From: a virus
IMG/VR virus record: IMGVR_UViG_3300034685_000230
Coordinates: 25,472 to 89,471 of that record
DNA: 64,000 nucleotides
Direction: 5' to 3' (one strand)
A program made the translations under genes and the position numbers. The notes beneath the pieces are model-generated. The model was given only the letters and a program-made list of their open reading frames with translations, was not told the DNA's origin and did no database searches. Of the stretch, positions 9,666 through 18,905 are shown in pieces. How positions within the stretch are numbered: the stretch's first letter is position 1; the number at the start of each line of letters is the position of its first letter.

Positions 9666-9848
9666 GTGAACTACCCCCACCTATAGAGGTGGTGGCTTCG
9701 TGGTCAATGCTCCCATCGGAGCAAGATTACCCACGCTCAAAGGGCTGTTCCTTCCCCAGCTTTACCAATTATACAGTATTAGGAAAGAATTGTCAAGCGA
9801 CATTCATCACCCACTTATAGAAGTGGGCGACTTCTGTCGTTAATTAGG
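9666..9848 (-). mobile_element. non-autonomous IS200/IS605 derivative: left end, promoter, TnpB omega-RNA-like right end, no ORF
   Basis: Two related subterminal hairpins (ccacct-atag-aggtgg and cccactt-atag-aagtggg); minus strand ends ...GGGGGTAGTTCAC; left boundary approximate. Confidence 0.8.
9768..9796 (-). promoter_or_regulatory. consensus sigma70 promoter inside the mini-element
   Basis: TTGACA-17 nt-TATAAT on the minus strand. Confidence 0.85.
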
Positions 9849-9966
9849 TTAAAATACTACGGTATTTTCTACGCCACTGCCTGTTAAATAAATAAGGGGA
9901 GTTTGTAGCTCCCCTTTGAGTTCATCCACTAACAGATGCAACTCCCTCCCTCGCAAAAACTGTTTC

Positions 9967-10479
9967 TTACCCCTGCAGCTGCTCTTGGCAGAACAGCTTT
10001 ATCATAACAAAGGAGTGTATGTAAGACCTAACTAGCTCCCCAATCTCTTCTAAGTTTGACAAAGACAATGGTAGCTTAAAACTAATTTCCCTACCGTCGG
10101 CTTCTGTAGAGTTAAACCAAAATGTTGCAAACTTAGGCTTTGATATATCTTTATCATCGGTAAAGTACGACAGAGTAACTTTCTTATTGTACTTTTCGCT
10201 GTTTCTATACAGCTCTACAATGCTAGCAACATTCTTAGACTTGATAAACTCTAGAATATTTAAGCAGTCTTGAAACGTTAGCGAGACAACTATTTGCGAA
10301 GCGTAGTCAAATATCTTAGTTCCCTTAGGTATCTGCCCGGGTTTAATACCGTCGGGTAGCTTACCAGGTGTGTACGACGGTGCCGCTACTAACGCTAAGT
10401 TACCAGCCTTGTTAATCTTAAACTGCAGCTTCGCGTACTTTGGAAACACCATTTCATGAACATCAACACTGTACTTCAA
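9967..10479 (-). CDS. hypothetical protein
   Basis: 170-aa ORF with GGAGG RBS. Confidence 0.6.
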   Translation of the reverse strand: MKYSVDVHEMVFPKYAKLQFKINKAGNLALVAAPSYTPGKLPDGIKPGQIPKGTKIFDYASQIVVSLTFQDCLNILEFIKSKNVASIVELYRNSEKYNKKVTLSYFTDDKDISKPKFATFWFNSTEADGREISFKLPLSLSNLEEIGELVRSYIHSFVMIKLFCQEQLQG

Positions 10480-10566
10480 ACCTTACTACCTCCCTTACGT
10501 TTTACGGAGTACTCTCCGGTGTTTTACTGCTATAGTTATAACTTTTAAAGCTTTAAAAACCTTACG

Positions 10567-11631
10567 TCACACTACATTATCGTATATCAGAATGTTCTTG
10601 TTCAAGCGACTCTTGTACACAGCTAGTACTCTTAAACCACGGTAACCGAGCTTCTTAGAGTTTCGGGAAGCGTCGTTTCTTATTAGAAAAGCTACGTCGT
10701 CGTGGTCGTCTACATCGTCTAGACTGGTGATCACTTTTGTTACAGGTATCTTAAACCAACCCTCATCGTCAACGCTAACGGTAGTGTCTAAGTCAAAACT
10801 CTTGACGACAACCGCACCGTTCGGTAGTATGTCACTACCGAACACAACGTCTCTCTTCTCCTCTTCGGTGGGTAAAAAAGCAACGTTCGGTTTTAAACGG
10901 TACACACCCTTGTCAGTCAGCTCGAGTTCTACTACACCCTTCTCTACAAGCTCGTCTACAACTCTTCTAGCCTTAGCCCCCATGTAGTCATCGGCGGACT
11001 CCCAAGTTTCAGCATTGTCCTTCTTAAGCGATACAGGGTAGTCTAAGTTTCCCTGCAGTACTAAGTCCGCCTTTCGCCTGTTCTTTGTATCCGTTCCGGT
11101 CAGAACGCAGTTTTTAACGCCAACACAGCTAAACGTTTTATTCTTACCGACAAACCTTACGTTAACGGGCCCGTTAGCACACAGCTCGTTTATCTTATCC
11201 GCTAGAATCTTTTCGTTTAACACCCCGGCGCTGTGTTCTTTGTTCGGTTTGGCGACAAGCCTTATGTTGTTGTCTAGCTTAACGTAGCCTACCGACGAGA
11301 CACCGCTCGGGGTGTCAATGTACACGCCGTCTAACTCGTCAGCTAGAAACTTTAGGAGCTTAACCCTGTTTTCATCGGTCTTTATATGAATTAACCTACT
11401 GTTCTTAACTACTACGCTCCCAACGTTTAAAGCTTTTAGTTTCTCCGCTACTTCAAGCACTTCTGGGTTAAAACTCTTCTCAGCTAGCAGTAAGTTTTTC
11501 ACCCTTTTAAACAACTCGTCTTTGTCTAACATGATGGGGGTGTGTGGTACCCTAGCTATAAAGCTACCACTCTTTTTCTTTTTCTTCTTACCCTTACTAA
11601 TGTCGTACTTTCGCTCTACCGGCTTAGCCAT
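10567..11631 (-). CDS. putative PD-(D/E)xK nuclease-fold protein
   Basis: RKADLVL...PVSLKK motif; ATG at 11631 with GGAGG RBS overlapping the upstream gene end. Confidence 0.5.
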   Translation of the reverse strand: MAKPVERKYDISKGKKKKKKSGSFIARVPHTPIMLDKDELFKRVKNLLLAEKSFNPEVLEVAEKLKALNVGSVVVKNSRLIHIKTDENRVKLLKFLADELDGVYIDTPSGVSSVGYVKLDNNIRLVAKPNKEHSAGVLNEKILADKINELCANGPVNVRFVGKNKTFSCVGVKNCVLTGTDTKNRRKADLVLQGNLDYPVSLKKDNAETWESADDYMGAKARRVVDELVEKGVVELELTDKGVYRLKPNVAFLPTEEEKRDVVFGSDILPNGAVVVKSFDLDTTVSVDDEGWFKIPVTKVITSLDDVDDHDDVAFLIRNDASRNSKKLGYRGLRVLAVYKSRLNKNILIYDNVV

Positions 11632-12535
11632 GAGACGCCTCTCCAGGGTTAACGTGCTGGGTAATTCTCTGGAGCATCTCGTCACTCAGTTCAAACTTAC
11701 CGTTGGTCTTCTCCAACTTAAACGCCGTGTCTCTAAACTTAGAGCGAAACGTACTTTCGTCGGTATTCTTACTAAACACAACCCAGAGCTCGTCTAGAGT
11801 GTTTAGTAGCCCCTGCCGGACAGCCCTGGGGATAGTGTTTAGGATCTTTCTGTGCACGTGTTCTAGATAGTCTTCGGGAACTACGCGGTCCCTAGTCTTG
11901 TTACGTATCTTAGCCAAGTCAATACTCGTGACTACCCAAACTAGGGCAACCCTGTAGCCTAAGTCTTTAAACAAGCGTGTGTTTAAAACTAGCTCTTCAA
12001 CGTTGTTACCGGTCGTGTCTATCACGAAGTTCTGAAGTTTCTTTCCCGAACTTCTTAGAAAACTGTCTAGCGCTTTGCTAAACAGATGTCTTTTCCAGCT
12101 AGTATATTTATGCAGCTCCTCCATGTCTCGAGGGTTCTTTGGGTCCGGCAGCCTACCGCCGTACGGTTCTAGAATCTGCTCCTTAACTCTCGGACTAGTC
12201 TCCGGGCTGTTGACTAGCTTTTCTAGCAGCTTAACGTACAGCATCTTTATGTTGTCGCTGTCTAACACCTTGGCGTCGATTAAAAGTTGGTTCCTAATAG
12301 TGTACGACTTGCCGGACCCCGGTCCACCGCACGTAAACACGGCCCAACCGCTTCTAGGGTACGGCTGGTTTCCAAACTTTACGGCTGAGTCTTCGACTAC
12401 ACCGACTAAGTTATACCTAGTGTTTTGCAGCGTCGCTTTAATTAAATCATGTAGTTTGTCTGGCACTGGTACGTACCTCCTACGTAGTGAAAAACTCTTC
12501 ATACAAAAATCTATGACTATACGGTAGTTCGTCAA
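11624..12535 (-). CDS. zeta-toxin-like P-loop kinase (true start probably about 12466)
   Basis: GGPGSGKS Walker A, FVIDTTG, RNKTRDRVVP. Confidence 0.7.
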   Translation of the reverse strand: MTNYRIVIDFCMKSFSLRRRYVPVPDKLHDLIKATLQNTRYNLVGVVEDSAVKFGNQPYPRSGWAVFTCGGPGSGKSYTIRNQLLIDAKVLDSDNIKMLYVKLLEKLVNSPETSPRVKEQILEPYGGRLPDPKNPRDMEELHKYTSWKRHLFSKALDSFLRSSGKKLQNFVIDTTGNNVEELVLNTRLFKDLGYRVALVWVVTSIDLAKIRNKTRDRVVPEDYLEHVHRKILNTIPRAVRQGLLNTLDELWVVFSKNTDESTFRSKFRDTAFKLEKTNGKFELSDEMLQRITQHVNPGEASHG

Positions 12536-13088
12536 ACATCTTTCTACACAATGTTTGAAACTCTTTTAAAGCTCTTGGACTAGTCCTAAGCCTGAAAATG
12601 TGGCGCAGTTCCCTAGCGTTTAGTGTCATGACTAGCTTTGTTGTGGTTGACTCTTGAATGTAATACTTTAAAACATCGTTCGGTATACCGCACCGCACCG
12701 CTTCCTCTAACTGCGACTGTAGTGTCTCGGAAGTTTCCTTAAGCTTACTCAAAGTCGCAGCTTTGTCACTATCCTGTAAAACCACCGCTTCGTCTTCTGA
12801 GAATACGTGCTCATTTCGCACGGTTTTACCCAGCGCCCACCTAGTAGACTGCACGCTTAGCGACACGTGTCTGTGGCGAGCTAGCTCTTGAAGCAGGGCT
12901 CTCGACACTCCCTCTATCACGAAGCTGTAGACAACATGCTCGACAACACTCTCGTGACCCATCGAGACTAGTTTTTTCAGAAACTCCGCCGCGTCGTAGC
13001 TGTCTATCTTACTCTCGGAGTTCGTGCAAGTTAGGGCAGCTTCTAGAGCCACCGTAACGGGCGTTAGATTTAACAAGCTAACTCTCAC
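12480..13088 (-). CDS. thyX: flavin-dependent thymidylate synthase
   Basis: GHESVVEH, ELARHRHVSLSVQSTR, NARELRH motifs. Confidence 0.93.
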   Translation of the reverse strand: MRVSLLNLTPVTVALEAALTCTNSESKIDSYDAAEFLKKLVSMGHESVVEHVVYSFVIEGVSRALLQELARHRHVSLSVQSTRWALGKTVRNEHVFSEDEAVVLQDSDKAATLSKLKETSETLQSQLEEAVRCGIPNDVLKYYIQESTTTKLVMTLNARELRHIFRLRTSPRALKEFQTLCRKMFDELPYSHRFLYEEFFTT

Positions 13089-13452
13089 TGCTTACCATTC
13101 CCTTTTCATTAATTATATCATATATTTCCTTATCTCTACTGTTTGTATCCGTGTAGTACGCCTCTACCTTCCTAGCGATGATTAAGCTCGCTAAGTCAGC
13201 GTACTTCAGCTTTATTAAACCTTCATCATCGCTTGACACCGTAGTATCACCGCTTAGTGGCTTCGTCTTATACATCACGTGCATGTACACGTAGTCCTTG
13301 TCTTCAGTTATAACGTCTGAAAACAATATCATCCCACCGACATATACCCTAATATTCTGGGTCTGGTCGGTAAAGTCTGACTTTACGATAAAGTACGTTG
13401 AGTTTCTATCCCGCTTAAACTTTAGCGCTGCTAGCAGCCTGTCGTAGTCCAC
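13078..13452 (-). CDS. hypothetical protein
   Basis: 124-aa ORF coupled to its neighbours. Confidence 0.6.
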   Translation of the reverse strand: MDYDRLLAALKFKRDRNSTYFIVKSDFTDQTQNIRVYVGGMILFSDVITEDKDYVYMHVMYKTKPLSGDTTVSSDDEGLIKLKYADLASLIIARKVEAYYTDTNSRDKEIYDIINEKGMVSSES

Positions 13453-13931
13453 TAGAAGTCAGACTCCCTTCTATCCTGGTAGTAGACGTTTAGTACTACG
13501 CTGTAGCAGACGTCCCTGTGCACGTCGGTGCTACCCAGCTGAAACTTGTAGTACCGGTCGTCGTAGGGAAGCTTAAGCTCAACGATGTCATCTTCCTTAG
13601 GGTGGTCGTCGAACTTCATGATTCCGTTTAGCGTAGTGTTTGTCTCTACCGAGTGTCCGTAAGCTTTGAGTACTTCGTTGAACCGGTTGTAGTCAACGTA
13701 AACGTGAGTGTTTACCGTGTGGTACAAGTCCTCGTCCGTATGGTACGTAGTAGGGGTGTCTTGATACATAGGGTCCAGGACGGGCTGAATCCCTACCCAT
13801 TTTCTAAGCCTGCACGGTATACCGTACAGTTCGATAATCTCGTCAGCGTAGTGCCTGAGTAGCGGCTTGTCGTCTAACTCGTGAAATATCTCGTTAAAGT
13901 TGATCTCTGCCAACCTACACCACCATTCCAA
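13452..13931 (-). CDS. possible neck/head-closure protein (gp14-like)
   Basis: LLRHYADEIIELYG...LDPMYQD resembles the gp14-like N-terminus; weak. Confidence 0.4.
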   Translation of the reverse strand: MEWWCRLAEINFNEIFHELDDKPLLRHYADEIIELYGIPCRLRKWVGIQPVLDPMYQDTPTTYHTDEDLYHTVNTHVYVDYNRFNEVLKAYGHSVETNTTLNGIMKFDDHPKEDDIVELKLPYDDRYYKFQLGSTDVHRDVCYSVVLNVYYQDRRESDF

Positions 13932-14484
13932 ACCAGTCAGTTTGCTTGTCTTTTCGCATCGCAGCTAGCGTGTGCTCAACAGTGTTAAAGTAAGTGTAGA
14001 CTCTCTTACCCCTATCGCTGTCGTAGCGCGAGAGCCAGTACAGCAAGGAACTCCTAGTGTCTACGTGTATAAACGACAGTTTACTACCGCTTTCAAGCTG
14101 GTTTAAACCGACGCAGTTAAAAACACCCGTTGCTTTTAGCAACACCTCACCGGCGTTTAACTTTCCGCATGTAGTAAAGTCAACGGCATCTCCGCTTGAG
14201 TGCAAGCTTGAGTTACACAGCTCAGTACTTCTACCGCACTCTAGACAGCGGTAAGCGCTTACGATCCTGACCGGAGTGTTACCAATGCCAGACCTAAGCT
14301 TTTCCAGTCTGTCAAGTAAGCTCGCGCTTACTACTACTCTCCCGCAGTGTCGGCACTTAAACTCACCGACTCTAAAGTGTGGGGACAGGTGCCTACCGCT
14401 ATAACGGTAACCGTCACTTACTCTAACGTATGGTGAGCGGTAAAGCCAGCTCCTACACTTTTCTACGACTGCTCTAAAAAAGGG
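13915..14484 (-). CDS. peptidase M15A (Zn D-Ala-D-Ala carboxypeptidase/endolysin-like); no canonical start codon of its own
   Basis: Frame is open well upstream of 14205: LSPHFRVGEFKCRHCG...LEKLR...IVSAYRC...SLHSSGDAVD...FIHVD. Confidence 0.8.
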   Translation of the reverse strand, partial: PFFRAVVEKCRSWLYRSPYVRVSDGYRYSGRHLSPHFRVGEFKCRHCGRVVVSASLLDRLEKLRSGIGNTPVRIVSAYRCLECGRSTELCNSSLHSSGDAVDFTTCGKLNAGEVLLKATGVFNCVGLNQLESGSKLSFIHVDTRSSLLYWLSRYDSDRGKRVYTYFNTVEHTLAAMRKDKQTDWFGMVV

Positions 14485-14957
14485 ACGTCTTTCTTACTCT
14501 CCTCCATGGAGAAGAGAATAACGTTACTCACGAACAGTGTCTTCATGTTGTCACTAAGTTCAACGATGTAAAACTTCTGTAGGTCGTCCTCACCTAAGTC
14601 AGCTACAAAGTCAACCGTTAGGAAGCCATTTATCGTGACGGCGTAGTCGTTGGGTGAGAAGTCTTCAACGTCTACAGCCCTACCGTCGGGCGTCATGATT
14701 TTTTGACCTGGGTATACTACAATATTATGATCTTGCAGGCCCATGCCTGACACCCTAATCAGCTTACCGACAGCGGCGTCTATCTCCTGCATATTTAGTA
14801 TATTCGAGGTTTCCTCACCGTTGGGCCTGAAACCCGCCACTCTGAAGTCTGAGTTGAGTAGTTCTTTCTTAAAACTGTCGTACACCGCGTAGGCTTGTAC
14901 GTTGCCGTGCGATGTGTACAGCTCGGAGTTTTCGTGTACAATGAACCTTTGAGTCAT
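14463..14957 (-). CDS. degenerate Hint (intein-like) domain protein
   Basis: Pattern VYPGQKIMTPDG...FSPNDYAVTING...FYIVEL...LFVSNVILFS follows Hint blocks B/F/G without the catalytic Cys/His/Asn. Confidence 0.5.
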   Translation of the reverse strand: MTQRFIVHENSELYTSHGNVQAYAVYDSFKKELLNSDFRVAGFRPNGEETSNILNMQEIDAAVGKLIRVSGMGLQDHNIVVYPGQKIMTPDGRAVDVEDFSPNDYAVTINGFLTVDFVADLGEDDLQKFYIVELSDNMKTLFVSNVILFSMEESKKDVPFLEQS

Positions 14958-14997
14958 TTCGTACTCTCCTTTAGCTTAACTACTTATAATATTAAGT

Positions 14998-17850
14998 TCA
15001 AAAATACTTAACTTTACTGCTTCTACTCTTAGACATAAACTTGTTAAACACACCGTTGCTCTTAGCGGTTACCTCAAACGGTAGCTGCCAGCCCAGTGCG
15101 TTGTAAAAAGACTCAACTGGCTTAATAATTAGTCTTTCCTTCATCTTATCGTAGTCAACGTCAAGCTTACCCTCGATTAGCTGCCAGTACTGGCTTCCGT
15201 CCGGTACGGACAGCACGTACTCCTTCCTTTGGTTTAACTCACTATCACTCCATTTCTTAACGTATATGTACTTAACTTTACCGGTCTTAATCTTGTCAGT
15301 CTTTTTCTTAGCAAAGTAGTCGTTCCACACCCTGGCTCCCCTTATGTGAACGGGGAGGTTCTTGACGTATGAGTCGACGTTGTTCACCGATATGGGGAGA
15401 GCTATATCCTTTAGCTGGTACTCGTTCCTTAACCTCTCGCACTCTCGCACAACTATAGAGTCTACTCTGTCCTTACCATCAAGCTTTAGTATACTTAGCA
15501 AAACATTTTCTAAAAACGGTTTTAGCGCCTTCGGCGTGCTAGACCGTCTTAGGGATATACCGACGGACTTTAGCTTGTCTACCGGTACACCCTCGCTGAA
15601 TATAATGTGTATGGCGTACGCTTTCTTCGCCACAAATATCCCCGTGTCGGCTAGCCACTCGTTCTTTATAGTCAAAAAATTATTAGACCTACTTACCCTA
15701 TACTTGTAGAATATGTCTCTACACACCGAGTATATAGACTCGTTGATGTAGTCTTGACACTCCTTAGAGACAGCGGATATCTTCTTCAAAACTTCAGGGT
15801 CCCTCTCCGTTGGGTTGTAGTCTACCACGCCCTCGAGAGTAAATATGATTGAGTCGGTGTCGTTCGTTATAACATAGTCTTTTTCCTGGCTGGCTTGTGT
15901 CTTACCGTTTAGAAACTTATTCAGGAGGTAAGAACACGTTCTTATCAAGAGCTGGCCCGTAGTTGTAATACCCTCCGATATGTCTAAGTTGTACAGCCTG
16001 AAGCCCTCGTTAGCCGTAGCCCCGTAGACCGAGTTGTTGATGATTTTAACAGCCGTTTGGTAGACGTTGTACATGTTGTAGAGACTCTCGTTTCCCCGCT
16101 CTAAGTTGGCTAACATAAGCTTCTTATACTTTTCTCTCGACTGCATTATGTCGTCGATAACCTTAGCGATAATAGCATCATCTTTACTCTGGTCGACTAT
16201 CAGCCCGTTTGGTAGTAGGCAAAAGTTGTTGTCTCTCAGCCATCTCTTAAGGACCCCTAAGTTCTCAAACTTGCTCGGAAAACCCTTGTCTGTGTACAAG
16301 TCGTAATACTCAACTTCCATGTCGATATACTCTCTCTCAACGGACTTTAAGTTTACAGTACTCTTACTCTCAATATCTTTAAGGAGCCTAACGTCGTACT
16401 GCAGGTACTTCGGTAGCAGCTCGTCTCTAACGTACTCTAGACTGTCGATATTTAGCGCTTTTGCTATAGTGTAAGCGACTAGCTGCTGGTAGCAGTCTAC
16501 CCTGCCGACCAATGTTTCGGTAGACAGTAAAAACGTTTTAACTATTGACGGGTATAGGGACTTAAAGTCTAGGTCAGACACCCACTTGAACAGTCCCTTA
16601 AGCGGTGGCTTTACGTACGCTCCTAAGTACTTATCCTTCGAAGTGTGCTTTGGTTTTGATGGAAGCACGTAGTTCCAGCCGCTCTCCTCCCTACGCCTAA
16701 CAGCCTCCATTAAGAGAAGGTTGTCTATAACTCGAGTCTCGTAAAATATGTCCTGAAAGTTAACCTTTGAGATGTTTCTTATCGTAACAGCTAAGTTTAT
16801 TATCTTCAGCTTGTCTTCCAGCATTGTTAGCAAGCGTACGTCTTGAACGTTGTACTTGCAAAACTTAGTAAAATCACTTAAGTACAAGTCGGACGGGTCA
16901 ACGTACTCTTCGTCACCCGCGCCGTTGATTAGCTTTGACTCGCCGAGTTCTTCCTCGGCGATGTACTTCAGCGCGTACGACGGTTTTTCGGTGTCGGTGT
17001 ACTTCTTGTACAGCGTTAGCATGTCTACAACGTCTATACCTGGGATAACGTTGTCCATGTCTAAGTCTTGGTTGTTTTCAAGCGCGTACCTAACCTTTGA
17101 GCTAACGTAGTCAAACGGGCTTAACACTCTAAGCCCGTCTACACCGATGTAGTCGACTACCTTCCTACAGATGTACGGAATGTCAAACTTAGAATTCCAA
17201 GCGGTTACAATGTCCGGGTAGTTCTTCTTAACAAACTGTATAAACGAAACGAGTAGCGCTTTGGGACTGTCAAAGAGGTATACCTCTACCTCACCGTACT
17301 CCCTTACTTCCTTCTCAACTTTCGCCTGCGCGACTGATCGCTTGTTAGCTTCGTCTCTAGTTAGCAAAAACCACGAGTAAAACTTACTCGTGTAGTTGTC
17401 GTATACCGTTACGGCGTTTATGTCGGCTAGGTTGTTCTTAAAGCTAGGCATGTTCCCGTCGGTGACGTAAGTCTCAATGTCTAGGTAGAATATTCTCGGG
17501 GATATAGTCGACGGAAACTCTACGTTGTAGAACGAGTCACACACAAACCTCTGCTCGGGTGACACGTCCGCTTCCCCGTGCGGTAGGTTGGATGACTTGT
17601 AGAGTTCGTACGCTTCCTTAGGGCTAACGTACACTTTTACTAATTCTTCACCCGTGTTTAAGTGCTTGTAGACAGTATCGTTGACACCGTACCTACGGTA
17701 TCTAGAAGACATAAAAATGTAGTGGTCGAAGGGAACTGAAGCGTAGTTAAGTCGGTGTGCCCCCCTCACCCTGTAGTACATGTCAATGCAGCGGTTCTTA
17801 CTGTTATACTTTATCTTAGTAGGTAAAAAATTAATCTTTCTATGCGTCAC
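14998..17850 (-). CDS. family B DNA polymerase (gp43-like)
   Basis: Exonuclease DIET and NSKFDIPY; polymerase DFKSLYPS, KIINNSVYG, NDTDS, KKAYA. Confidence 0.95.
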   Translation of the reverse strand: MTHRKINFLPTKIKYNSKNRCIDMYYRVRGAHRLNYASVPFDHYIFMSSRYRRYGVNDTVYKHLNTGEELVKVYVSPKEAYELYKSSNLPHGEADVSPEQRFVCDSFYNVEFPSTISPRIFYLDIETYVTDGNMPSFKNNLADINAVTVYDNYTSKFYSWFLLTRDEANKRSVAQAKVEKEVREYGEVEVYLFDSPKALLVSFIQFVKKNYPDIVTAWNSKFDIPYICRKVVDYIGVDGLRVLSPFDYVSSKVRYALENNQDLDMDNVIPGIDVVDMLTLYKKYTDTEKPSYALKYIAEEELGESKLINGAGDEEYVDPSDLYLSDFTKFCKYNVQDVRLLTMLEDKLKIINLAVTIRNISKVNFQDIFYETRVIDNLLLMEAVRRREESGWNYVLPSKPKHTSKDKYLGAYVKPPLKGLFKWVSDLDFKSLYPSIVKTFLLSTETLVGRVDCYQQLVAYTIAKALNIDSLEYVRDELLPKYLQYDVRLLKDIESKSTVNLKSVEREYIDMEVEYYDLYTDKGFPSKFENLGVLKRWLRDNNFCLLPNGLIVDQSKDDAIIAKVIDDIMQSREKYKKLMLANLERGNESLYNMYNVYQTAVKIINNSVYGATANEGFRLYNLDISEGITTTGQLLIRTCSYLLNKFLNGKTQASQEKDYVITNDTDSIIFTLEGVVDYNPTERDPEVLKKISAVSKECQDYINESIYSVCRDIFYKYRVSRSNNFLTIKNEWLADTGIFVAKKAYAIHIIFSEGVPVDKLKSVGISLRRSSTPKALKPFLENVLLSILKLDGKDRVDSIVVRECERLRNEYQLKDIALPISVNNVDSYVKNLPVHIRGARVWNDYFAKKKTDKIKTGKVKYIYVKKWSDSELNQRKEYVLSVPDGSQYWQLIEGKLDVDYDKMKERLIIKPVESFYNALGWQLPFEVTAKSNGVFNKFMSKSRSSKVKYF

Positions 17851-17905
17851 TTTAGCCAGCTGTTAACTTCTAACCCCCCTTCAAACTTGCTCTTCTCAAC
17901 ACTCA

Positions 17906-18700
17906 CTAAACTTCTAAAATTCTACTAAGACGACTGGCCTGCCACTCCTCCGCCTCACCCTTCGCTTTCTTAGCTACGGCTCGGGCATCTTCTATCTCTA
18001 CGCTATTATCCGCTAGCGTGTCAGCTAGAACCGTAGCGTACACGGCGTTTCTAGCCGCTCTGGCGGTAAGCTTCGCGGCACTCACCGCGCTACCGTCAGT
18101 TAGCGAGGCAAACATGTCGCTTAGAGCTATTAACCGGCTGTGGTGGGAGTCAACCTCGCGCGTACACATTGCCTTAGACTTAACCGACCGGCTGAAAATA
18201 TCATGCACCCACTGCCGGGTGTGGTCGTAGTTAATCTTGTGTACGTACGCTTTCCTACACGCAAACGCATTGGTTAGGAAGCGCGCCGCGTCTACCGCGC
18301 TGAACAGGTAAGCGTTGTCAGGGTACATTTTTTCGTACAGCGCAAGCACGTACTCCACACAGTCGGAGGCAAACTTTCGAGCCGCGTCCTCAGTCCAACC
18401 GGTGCATTCTCTCACAAGCCTACACTCTCGAGCAACGTACTCGTCACCGCAGTCAACCACCTCTTGACCAACCTCAGTTTTGAATATTCTAGGACCCAAC
18501 CGGTTTAGTAGCTGTCTAGTATCGGCAACGTGGTACCCGTTTGAACACCCCTTTAACTCTCCGTCGGCTAGACTCATCCACTCACCGGGAGTCCAGCTGC
18601 CGTTTCTGCTAAGCGTGGGTAGAGACCACTTAACCGTGTCGCCGTGACACGAGTACCCTGACTCGTTGAGTACCTTGTAGAGGTTAACTTTCCTTTCCAC
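17906..18700 (-). CDS. hypothetical phage protein
   Basis: 264-aa ORF with AGGAGG RBS and an upstream promoter. Confidence 0.65.
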   Translation of the reverse strand: MERKVNLYKVLNESGYSCHGDTVKWSLPTLSRNGSWTPGEWMSLADGELKGCSNGYHVADTRQLLNRLGPRIFKTEVGQEVVDCGDEYVARECRLVRECTGWTEDAARKFASDCVEYVLALYEKMYPDNAYLFSAVDAARFLTNAFACRKAYVHKINYDHTRQWVHDIFSRSVKSKAMCTREVDSHHSRLIALSDMFASLTDGSAVSAAKLTARAARNAVYATVLADTLADNSVEIEDARAVAKKAKGEAEEWQASRLSRILEV

Positions 18701-18787
18701 AGCATTTCCTCCTTTGTTTAATGAAAAATATTTTCTATTACTATAACACTTTGACTTTTTTTCTCTCCTATTTTATTACCTACACTT

Positions 18788-18816
18788 ATTATATCACATT
18801 TCTTTATAAAGTAAAC
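18788..18816 (-). promoter_or_regulatory. T4-early-like promoter
   Basis: GTTTAC-17-TATAAT with TG extension. Confidence 0.65.
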
Positions 18817-18905
18817 TAGCAATCAACACAAAATATACTTAACACGCTTACATGATATTTTTCTACTAGCTATTTATTCATTTTTTTATATACTGTACAC
18901 TACTA

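Noticed and set aside
14998-17850. Intein or intron in the DNA polymerase
   Set aside because: All motifs are contiguous at normal spacing; no Hint blocks seen.
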